A stretch of 64,000 bases of DNA. Source: Porphyridium purpureum (Eukaryota). Position numbers and translations under genes: made by a program. Below the pieces are notes generated by a model, which saw nothing but the letters and a program-made list of their open reading frames with translations, was not told where the DNA came from and did no database searches. The stretch lies in contig VRMN01000010.1 of NCBI GenBank assembly GCA_008690995.1, positions 62,001 to 126,000 on the forward strand, read 5' to 3'. Below are positions 52,143-60,231 of this stretch, one piece after another (within the stretch, counting starts at the first letter, position 1; each line of letters opens with the position of its first letter).

Positions 52143-55100
52143 CTACGGTTCTTGCGCTGTCGGCGCACGCCCGAGGATCACATCACGGAGGTGTGCGAAC
52201 CTCTTTCCCTGCAGCGGTTTGGTCAGCAGGTCCGCGATCATGACCTCGGTGCTACAATGTACCATCGTCGCGACTCGCCTCTTCAGCAGATCGTGCGTGA
52301 AGAAGTGTTTGATCGCGATGTGGCGCGACCTACGCGAGGTCGCCCGACCGTGTGCAAGGAGAGACATGGTCGCCTCGTTGTCCTGGTGTAGGCGTACGCC
52401 AGCTGTGCGGATGCCCTGCGCCTCGAGGAAGTTCCGCGTCCATATCGCTTGCCCGATCACATCGCTCACGCCCACCAGTTCCGCTTCGGTGGAGCTCTTT
52501 GTGTTGAGCTTCTGCTTGACACTGGTGGCGTACGCCGCGCCGCGGCCCAGGCTCACAACGCCACCCGTGTGGCTCCTCATGTTCGCATGTGTCGCGAATG
52601 AGGCGTCGACATAGCACTCCACGTGCGGCTCCGCATGGCTCGCGCAATCGGGCTCGCGCTCGTCTGCAACCCAACCCGTGCCCAGCTCCAGCCTCATGTC
52701 TCGCGTCTTGTTGAGGTACCTCAGCAGGCGGGTCAGCTTCGCGCGGTCATTCTCGCCCGGGGCCTGTACTCGCGTAGCCAGAAACGCTACCGCAGTGAGC
52801 AGGTCCGGGCGTATGCGCTTCGCGAGGTATAGTACCTTTGCGGTGGCGCTGTGGAACGCCTCCTTGTCGTGCGACGTCAGTAACTGCGACTCGTCATCCA
52901 CGAACAACCCGGCTTGAGCGGGCGTGTCTGCGGTACCGCGTACGTCATTCTCTCGCAGTAAAGAGTCTACAAACCCGCCCATCCCGATGCGCACCACCCC
53001 CGGGGAGGTATAGTCAAACTCCATCCCCAGGTAGCTGTGTGTGCGCCCTCGGTGCTCCTGCAGCGACGGAAACCTTTCGCGTACGCGCGCCACCACTTCA
53101 TCAATCGCTTGCTCGCTTTCTGCGATCAGCTTCACGTCGTCCACGTGCACAAGCGCTGTGACGGAAGGCTCGCCCGTACGGGAGACTTTCCGCAAGACAC
53201 AAGCGTCGTAAGCATTATGTTCGAATCCGAGCTCGCTCAACATTTCGCAGAGGTGGTCATACCAACGCTTGGACGCATCGATGCATCCATACAACGGGCG
53301 CTTCAACCTGCAGACCAGAACACCGTTCTTGACGAACTGCTTCATGCGCTTGTCTACGGCGGCGAGCAGCCCGGTCAGGTTTCTGTTGATCCTCACGTAC
53401 GTGTGTGGGTCGCTGTCGGGGATGCTTGCGTTGAGAAATGCCCCGGGGAAATCAATCGTGGCGACTGCGGCACCGCTTCTCGCTGCCTCGGCTGCCAGTA
53501 AGAAAATAGCCTCGGTCGCCACCGTGGGGGACGAACAGTCGGAGTACTCCGATCGATCTTGCTCGTTCCCGCCGGCCACCATTCGTGCTTTGATTTTCTC
53601 CAAGGCGCCTGAAGCATCGTGCTTCTCCTTCACGAACATGAACGACGGAATGATCCCGTCTCGTTGTTTCTTCGTGAGCGTGTGCACGTGGACCGGCTCC
53701 AGCACGTCCAGACCGTGCTTGGACAGCTGCAACAGCTCAGCGACAATCGCCTTGAGTCCTTCCATACCGTATTGGCGTATCGCCTGGCGTACGCCGATCC
53801 TCAGCGTTTTGTGTCTGCGCTTTCCCGGCATCGCAGAAGATAGCAAGTCCTCCGCCTCTCGTTTCAGGGCGACCACGACCTCCGGCGCGCGCCGTACACG
53901 CAGGCGTTCCTTCTCGCGGCGCGATAGCCGCTCATTCTTTTCGCGCTCGACATCCGGGAATGTCCCTTCTGCTTTCCGCTTCCGTGTCCGACGCGGAGAG
54001 CTGACGGCGCGGGCATGCTCGGCTTCGCTCGTGCGCGGTACCGCATTTCGGACGGCGTCCGCGTACGATGGCTCCGTGGTCATCTGACTCAGCAGACGCG
54101 CCTCACGTTCCTCCAGCGCTCGCAGCTTCTCTTCAATTGCTTCCACCCGCGCTTTGGCCTGTTCCATTGTCACCTCGGCGACCGAGGGGGTCAAGGCCGC
54201 TTCGCCGTCTGAAGCGTCCGGACTGGTGATTGTGGCGTCGCCGTGCGGCCGTGCGGCAGTAGCGGGTGGATCAGTCGACGCCTCTTCCTCGGGCACATGG
54301 GTTTCCACAGATTCTGCCACGATAAGCGGCTCCGGCAGTACTGCGTCCGTGCTTGGCAGACCCTCGCCGGTCGCTTCCGCAGTCGCTGGCGTCATTGCTC
54401 GCCCCGCCTCGAAGAGTGAATCCGCTGCACGTCGCATCTCTTCCATGCGCAGCTGCGTGGGAGTGGACGGTGACTCATCCTTACTCAGCACGTCGGCGCC
54501 CGCCGGTGCGGGGTGATCGGTGTCGGCGTGTGTCGGAGTCTGCGCCTGTTCACGCAGTACCGCGTCTTCTGGCTGGTCCAGATACGTGTGCCCCTCCGCC
54601 GCTGGCTCGTCGACCGGCCCGCCGTTTTTCAGCGCCGCCTCGACCTCCGCCGTCTCTTTGTCTTCCTCCTGCGAGAGTTCCACCTCCGTGCGGCCGAGGT
54701 CCTGATCGCCATCGTCGATGCCTGCCACGGTTGGGAGCGCATTTACGTACGTGATCAGGTGGTCCGGTACCGGGAGCTCTGTCCACACCTGTCTGACGAT
54801 GGGCTTCAGTGTGTTCAGATTCATGAGCACCCAGCTTCCCGCAGCATTCTCGGCGGAATGCAGGGTGAGGCAGCCCAACGTTCTGGGCCTCATCGTGCTG
54901 TCCACGGACGCTGTATGTGCCTGGACATACGCCCCGAATGGAGCACGTAGGTCCGTCTTCGCGTCTACTTTACGACCAAAGTAGATGGCGTGCGCCGGTT
55001 CGCCCGCGTCGGAGGCCTCGCTCGTCACCATGTTCAGTCTCTGTCGAGAGAACTCCACGGCTCCCGGCAGCATGCATAATGGCATGGTGTACGGCAGGTC

Positions 55101-56201
55101 GTACGACAATGTGCGGACCCTTTCCTTTAGAAGGCGAATCGCTCGCTCAGCGGCGGGCACCACCTCGTCTGCCGCGGTTAGCTCGGGCAGGATGCCGGCC
55201 TCCATCAACTCGATCCAGAGCGACAGGACTGCGCTTTCACGGTCGAACCGAATCTCAGGTATCTGCACTCCATGCCCGCGGGCCTCGTTCAACTGCCGCT
55301 GCACCGCCGCGCGCACCGAAGGCACGTCCTTCCGCTTCAGCTCGGTGGCCAGGATGTATTGACTCGGTTTCAAGACCGACACGAGGAAAGGCACCTTCGA
55401 GATGAACATCAGGTCGGAGTGCATCACCTGGCGCGCTTTGGGACCAGTGGCGACCGCTTCAGACAGACTCGGTGTCGCGTGTCCCGTTGTCTTTCCCTTC
55501 ACACACGGCAGTGGAGTACCCCAGATTGCATTCGCACGCTCGAGGTCCGCCGACGTGACGTCACAGTTGCTTATGTCCCCGCGCTGAAGCATGCGCTTCA
55601 GCACACCAAAGGATGGGAATCCCAGCCTCGCCTGCAGAGAGCGAGCGGCGCGTGCGCGTTCAACCTCGCGTACCGTGCATCGGGCAAGGTTGCTGGCGAC
55701 CGTCGTGATCGTGCTTGAGGTCCAAGCCTTGGCAGACGATGGACCGGCCCGGCAGCTGTTCCGGTTGTCCTTATTCGTGGCTGCCTTCTTGTATGCTGGG
55801 CCCGTCGTGTGCACGAGATCTGCACGCCGTATTATCGCAGTGTACATTCCGTGTGCATCGGGCGCGAAGACCAGCCAGCGCTTGGAGTTCGGCACGCGTA
55901 CGCGGAAGCGGTTCTCATCCGCGTCGAAGCGTACATCATGCCCTTCCGCGACCAGCTTGGTCATAGACAGCACGTTGCCTGCAAGGTTCTCGTTGACGTA
56001 CGCCATGCCGAAGGCCGTCTCACCGCCGTGCCCGATGGCCAGCTCGCTCGCCCGCGCGTCAATTCCGGACAGCAGCAAGTACTCGTCAATTTTCTTTACC
56101 CGATGGACTAACCCCTTATCCTTCATGACGTGAACACCCGAGCAGGTGTCGAGACCCAAAGGTATCTCGTCACCGAAGCCCGTGGGCCACGTCGCACACC
56201 G
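52143..56201 (-). CDS. pol: Pol polyprotein (protease, integrase, reverse transcriptase, RNase H)
   Basis: LDTCSGVH protease; HSDLMF/FDRE/AERAIR integrase DDE; KARMVAGG, DFPGAFLN, LYG, VHVDD RT; YVDAS, SSTEAE, QDN, ADLLTKPL RNase H; frame open back to the gag stop. Confidence 0.95.
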   Translation of the reverse strand, partial: RCATWPTGFGDEIPLGLDTCSGVHVMKDKGLVHRVKKIDEYLLLSGIDARASELAIGHGGETAFGMAYVNENLAGNVLSMTKLVAEGHDVRFDADENRFRVRVPNSKRWLVFAPDAHGMYTAIIRRADLVHTTGPAYKKAATNKDNRNSCRAGPSSAKAWTSSTITTVASNLARCTVREVERARAARSLQARLGFPSFGVLKRMLQRGDISNCDVTSADLERANAIWGTPLPCVKGKTTGHATPSLSEAVATGPKARQVMHSDLMFISKVPFLVSVLKPSQYILATELKRKDVPSVRAAVQRQLNEARGHGVQIPEIRFDRESAVLSLWIELMEAGILPELTAADEVVPAAERAIRLLKERVRTLSYDLPYTMPLCMLPGAVEFSRQRLNMVTSEASDAGEPAHAIYFGRKVDAKTDLRAPFGAYVQAHTASVDSTMRPRTLGCLTLHSAENAAGSWVLMNLNTLKPIVRQVWTELPVPDHLITYVNALPTVAGIDDGDQDLGRTEVELSQEEDKETAEVEAALKNGGPVDEPAAEGHTYLDQPEDAVLREQAQTPTHADTDHPAPAGADVLSKDESPSTPTQLRMEEMRRAADSLFEAGRAMTPATAEATGEGLPSTDAVLPEPLIVAESVETHVPEEEASTDPPATAARPHGDATITSPDASDGEAALTPSVAEVTMEQAKARVEAIEEKLRALEEREARLLSQMTTEPSYADAVRNAVPRTSEAEHARAVSSPRRTRKRKAEGTFPDVEREKNERLSRREKERLRVRRAPEVVVALKREAEDLLSSAMPGKRRHKTLRIGVRQAIRQYGMEGLKAIVAELLQLSKHGLDVLEPVHVHTLTKKQRDGIIPSFMFVKEKHDASGALEKIKARMVAGGNEQDRSEYSDCSSPTVATEAIFLLAAEAARSGAAVATIDFPGAFLNASIPDSDPHTYVRINRNLTGLLAAVDKRMKQFVKNGVLVCRLKRPLYGCIDASKRWYDHLCEMLSELGFEHNAYDACVLRKVSRTGEPSVTALVHVDDVKLIAESEQAIDEVVARVRERFPSLQEHRGRTHSYLGMEFDYTSPGVVRIGMGGFVDSLLRENDVRGTADTPAQAGLFVDDESQLLTSHDKEAFHSATAKVLYLAKRIRPDLLTAVAFLATRVQAPGENDRAKLTRLLRYLNKTRDMRLELGTGWVADEREPDCASHAEPHVECYVDASFATHANMRSHTGGVVSLGRGAAYATSVKQKLNTKSSTEAELVGVSDVIGQAIWTRNFLEAQGIRTAGVRLHQDNEATMSLLAHGRATSRRSRHIAIKHFFTHDLLKRRVATMVHCSTEVMIADLLTKPLQGKRFAHLRDVILGRAPTAQEP

Positions 56202-57311
56202 TCATGCATCGGCGTTCCTTTTCAACGCGTCAAGTGCGGCCCGCAGCTGTTGCTCCGTCGCCCCGGCCAGCACCGGCCCGCGTCCGCGCGTGTCGCGCCT
56301 CGCCATGCGCGCCTGCCTCTCCTTCGCCGCGCGCATCCTATCGGCCATTCCGCTGTCCAGCGGTCGCGCGTGGCAGTCGCGAAGGAGATGATCATCCGCG
56401 CCGCAGTTGTAGCATTCGCGTACGCGTGGTGCTGCTGCGAGCTCCACATCATCTGTGTCCTCGTCTTCTGGGTGTTCGGTGTCCGTCCGCCAAGTGCGAC
56501 CATGTACCGGTTGTTTCGCGTACGCGAACTGCGCCATGAAAGACATTGCCTGGTCGACCGTGTCGAACCGTCGGTGCTCGTTGTTGCACTTGCGTACGGC
56601 TTCGTCCCAGCGCGTACCTTCAAGCTTTAGGATAAAGTCAGCCGCGCAGCGCTCGGAAGACGGCACTGGTTCGCCCACGGCTTCAAGGGCCATCACCGCT
56701 GCCTTGAAGCGCGTCTTGAACGAAACAAGTGATTCGTCTGCTCCAACTCTCAGTTGATCGTACGACATGCGAGCATACTGCTGGTTACGCAGCGGGTCGT
56801 CGTAGCCACGGGTCAGGTGCGCCTCGATCACGCGCTCGAGAAGCTGCAGCGGATCGTCCGATTCTCGTACGAGTTGACTCCAGCCGGGCTTTACGGCCAG
56901 CGCTTCCTTAGATGCGCGGCTCAGTTGGCCCATGATGAGTCCAAACACGCGCACGCGAGTTTCCTTGTCCTTGCGTATCGCGTCCGAGCGCGCCGCGAGC
57001 GCCAGCTTGAGCTCTTCCTTGGCGACGGTGGCGCTGTACCAATCCTCCCGTCCCGCCTCCCCGAGCCCTGGGGTTGCTTGCGGGATCGTCGGCAAGGTGG
57101 GGTACACGCGTCCTTGGCGCTCTATCGCAAACGCTGTGCCGATAGCGCCGTATTCCTTCTTGCAGTAGTTGCCGAGCTCCTCGACCCAAACTACCACCGC
57201 GGCCGGCACCACACGCGTGCTGTCGTAAGTGAGCAGCGGAAGTGTCTCTACAAGACCGGCTTCGCGTGGGTGCGGCGAACGGCCTGCGCCGCTTTGTCCG
57301 ACACGTGACAT
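56202..57311 (-). CDS. gag: Gag protein
   Basis: IMGQLS, DESLVSFKTRF, zinc knuckle CYNCGADDHLLRDC. Confidence 0.92.
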   Translation of the reverse strand: MSRVGQSGAGRSPHPREAGLVETLPLLTYDSTRVVPAAVVVWVEELGNYCKKEYGAIGTAFAIERQGRVYPTLPTIPQATPGLGEAGREDWYSATVAKEELKLALAARSDAIRKDKETRVRVFGLIMGQLSRASKEALAVKPGWSQLVRESDDPLQLLERVIEAHLTRGYDDPLRNQQYARMSYDQLRVGADESLVSFKTRFKAAVMALEAVGEPVPSSERCAADFILKLEGTRWDEAVRKCNNEHRRFDTVDQAMSFMAQFAYAKQPVHGRTWRTDTEHPEDEDTDDVELAAAPRVRECYNCGADDHLLRDCHARPLDSGMADRMRAAKERQARMARRDTRGRGPVLAGATEQQLRAALDALKRNADA

Positions 57312-57344
57312 TCTCGTTTGTCACCGGTGTCGCAGACTCTCAGA

Positions 57345-57359
57345 TTTTCTTGGAGCGTG
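57345..57359 (-). promoter_or_regulatory. Putative self-complementary primer-binding site CACGCTCCAAGAAAA
   Basis: Abuts the 5' LTR; perfect 15-bp inverted repeat of LTR positions 57500-57514; no TGG tRNA-type PBS present. Confidence 0.8.
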
Positions 57360-57637
57360 AGTAGAGGAATACGTCCTCCTCGATGGCCAACGGAGTGGTG
57401 CGGCGATCGAGCTCACGCGTACGCGCTGTTCGTGTGCGCGTGAAGGGTGTGGCAGTGCCGCAGTAACCAACAAACACAGCTTTACTGGTAGTCGACGAGC
57501 ACGCTCCAAGAAAACACTCCTTACCCGAAAGAGCGGGCTAGTGAGACCGTCCACGCTCTCCGGCCGCTTACAATCGCGGCGCGCTCCTCTACCCATACTG
57601 TACACAGCCACGAGGTGTACACCCAGTGTACACTACA
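57360..57637 (-). repeat. 5' LTR (278 bp)
   Basis: Direct repeat of 51779-52056, upstream of gag on the minus strand. Confidence 0.95.
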
Positions 57638-57654
57638 GATGACGCTGTGCGCTT

Positions 57655-57884
57655 GCGCGCGTTCTGCGCGCACCTGCGGCGCTGCGCTGCGTGTCGCAGG
57701 GCGACGCGGCTGGCGGCGACAGAACGCACGCGCGCGTCGATGCAGGCTCGTGCAGGCACTCTCTGAGTCTGCGCTGTCTCCCGTGAGTGCTGCGCTAACC
57801 CCACGCGCAGTGCGCCGTTGGGGAGGAAAACCGCCAGTCGCGATTTTCGTGGCCAGTTCACGATATTTCGGCCATCAATTCGAT
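57655..57884 (+). repeat. Dispersed ~230-bp repeat, copy 1
   Basis: Colinear similarity to 62670-62891 including CGCGCGCGTCGATGCAG, GCACCTGCG and GCCATCARTTCGA. Confidence 0.75.
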
Positions 57885-58119
57885 GCGATATCCGGCGTTT
57901 CGGTTGGAATGGTTAAAGAAAACACGCGCGCGCGCGCAAGCGTTGCGGATGTGATCGACTGCCGGCAATCGTGAGTCGCACCTGCTTTCGCCGCACGAGG
58001 GCGCGCGAGAGTTTGCGGGAGGGGCGAAAGTGGAGGCTGTGTGTAGACGGGCGGGTGTGCGGTAGACGCAGAGGGCACGGTGCGGTCGCGACGACGCGCG
58101 CGCGAAAGGGTAAAGGGGC

Positions 58120-60231
58120 ATGGCGACCGCGGTGACTTTGGTGGGGCACTCAGCTTCGGTGTACGCTTTGGACTTTTCGCCCGATGGCCGGTTCATCATG
58201 TCCGGCAGCAAAGACAAGACGATCAAGTTGTGGGACGCACATACCGGCGCGTGCTTGCGCACATTGGCGGAGCACATAGATTGGGTACTTGCAGTTCACT
58301 TTTCGCCCAATGACCGGTTCATTGCGTCCGGCAGCTCCGACAAAACGGTCAAAGTGTGGGACGCACACACCGGCACGTGCGTGCGCACATTGACGGGGCA
58401 CTCAGATGTGGTTTTCGCGGTGCGTTTTTCGCCCGATGGCCGATTCATCGTGTCCGGAAGCAAGGACGGAAGGGTCAAAGTGTGGGACGCACACACCGGC
58501 ACGTGTGTGCTCACATTGACGGGGCACTTTAATACGGTATATGCGGTGGATTTTTCGCCCGATAACCGGCTCATCGTGTCCGGCAGCAAGGACAGAACAG
58601 TCAAGGTGTGGGACGCACACACCGGCGCGTGCGTGCGAACCATCACGGGGCACTCAAATTCGGTGCGCGCGGCGCACTTTTCGCCCGATGGCCAGTTCAT
58701 CGCTTCCGGCAGCTGCGACAAAACGGTCAAAGTGTGGGACGCACACACTGGCGCGTGCGTGCGCACATGGATGGAGCACTCAGATGTGGCGAGCGCGGTT
58801 CACTTTTCGCCCGATGGCCGGCTCATTGCTTCCAGCAGCGACGACGAGACGGTTAGGGTATGGGACGCAAACACCGGCGCGTGCGTTCGCACATTGACAG
58901 GGCACTCAGGCGCGGTGGGCGCTGTGCAGTTTTCGGTCGACGGCCGCTTTATCGCGTCCGGTAACGACAACAAGAAGGTGAAGTTGTGGGACACAACCGA
59001 CCTGAAGTGTGGCCCCGAAGGAACGCCAGGTGACGTTGACGAGGAAAAATATTGCAAGGACTATTGGGAGGTCGCCGACTCGGATGGGAGCCAAGCGTTG
59101 GACGCTCAGGAGGCGCTGGCGTTCTTCTCGAAGGCGCGGCTGCCGATGTCGGTGCTGCATCGGATGTGGGATGAGATTGCGATAGCTCGCGGCAAGCGTG
59201 CGCTTACCTATGACGACTTTGTGCTCGCACTGCGGTGGGTTGCGCTGGCGCAGAACGGCGAGGAGGCGAGCCTCGCACGTGTGCAGCAAGGTTCGCTGTC
59301 ACTGCGCGCCAAGATCGACGTACCCGGGTGGAACCCGTTCGACAGGGTCGCGCGCACGCTGTCGGAGACTGCGCGACACGAGGAGTACTGGAAGATGGCC
59401 GACGCAGACGGAAGTGGGGAGGTGGACGTGCATGAAGCGGTAGCGTTTTTGTCCAAGTCTGGACTGCGGAACCGCGTGCTGAATGAGATCTGGGGCCTTG
59501 CAACCAGTCAAGGGGTTTTTTCGTCCCTGGACACGGAGCGGTTCAAGACTGCGTTGCGTCTGGTGGCAATGGCGCAGAAGGGAATGAGGCTGGATGTGGA
59601 GGAGGCGGCAGGTGGCGAGATGGAACTAATTGCGGACTTCAAAATCAATGTCGCGAAGCCGGCGCCCGAGCCGGCGCCAGAACCGGTGCCAGAGCCGGCG
59701 CCAGAACCGGTGTCAGAGCCGGTGTCAGAGCCGGTGTCAGATCCGTTCAGGCCGTCCCGAAACGACAGCCAGGGTGCTGACTTGGAGAGGATGTTTGCGG
59801 AAACTGCGCTGGATGATCTGACGTGTGAGCAGCTGGCTCGAGTGCTGCAAGAAGTCTTGCAGGTTGATGGGGCCTCGGTGAGGAATGTGAGGGAGCGCCG
59901 GGTGAGCGGTGAGGCACTGCACGACATGAGAGAATTCCAACAGTTTGCAAAGCTGTCGTTCCCGGACAAGAAGAAAGTTGAAAAGTGGGTGGCGGGGCGA
60001 AAATCGTACGAAGGATTCGAGGAATACCTGTTTCGTGTGCTTGGTGATGATTCGGAGCGCGCCGAGCGTGCGTGCGCGTTGCTTTTAGAATCTCACGCTG
60101 TGTCGAACTTGGACGAGTGGTTGTGGTTTCGGAAGCAGCCTAGCAAGCGAACAAGTATGAGGACGATTGTGCGGCGCTTCCCGGAGCTCGGGACGTGGCC
60201 GGGCGGGCCGGACGCGGAAGATTGGACGTAG
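58120..60231 (+). CDS. WD40 (7 near-identical 42-aa repeats) + 2 EH domains + PEP linker + SAM-like domain protein
   Basis: GH..V.AV.FSPDGRFI.SGS.DKTVKVWDAHTG.C repeats; two EH motifs (ADSDGS..EALAFFSKARLP..LHRMW..FVLALRWVALAQ and ADADGSG..FLSKSGL..LNEIW..FKTALRLVAMAQ). Confidence 0.9.
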   Translation: MATAVTLVGHSASVYALDFSPDGRFIMSGSKDKTIKLWDAHTGACLRTLAEHIDWVLAVHFSPNDRFIASGSSDKTVKVWDAHTGTCVRTLTGHSDVVFAVRFSPDGRFIVSGSKDGRVKVWDAHTGTCVLTLTGHFNTVYAVDFSPDNRLIVSGSKDRTVKVWDAHTGACVRTITGHSNSVRAAHFSPDGQFIASGSCDKTVKVWDAHTGACVRTWMEHSDVASAVHFSPDGRLIASSSDDETVRVWDANTGACVRTLTGHSGAVGAVQFSVDGRFIASGNDNKKVKLWDTTDLKCGPEGTPGDVDEEKYCKDYWEVADSDGSQALDAQEALAFFSKARLPMSVLHRMWDEIAIARGKRALTYDDFVLALRWVALAQNGEEASLARVQQGSLSLRAKIDVPGWNPFDRVARTLSETARHEEYWKMADADGSGEVDVHEAVAFLSKSGLRNRVLNEIWGLATSQGVFSSLDTERFKTALRLVAMAQKGMRLDVEEAAGGEMELIADFKINVAKPAPEPAPEPVPEPAPEPVSEPVSEPVSDPFRPSRNDSQGADLERMFAETALDDLTCEQLARVLQEVLQVDGASVRNVRERRVSGEALHDMREFQQFAKLSFPDKKKVEKWVAGRKSYEGFEEYLFRVLGDDSERAERACALLLESHAVSNLDEWLWFRKQPSKRTSMRTIVRRFPELGTWPGGPDAEDWT

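Larger units (their letters stand above)
51779..57637 (-). mobile_element. Intact Ty1/copia-order LTR retrotransposon (5859 bp)
   Basis: Two 278-bp LTRs identical by eye; GATGA TSD at 51774-51778 and 57638-57642; gag with CCHC; pol order PR-INT-RT-RH. Confidence 0.97.
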
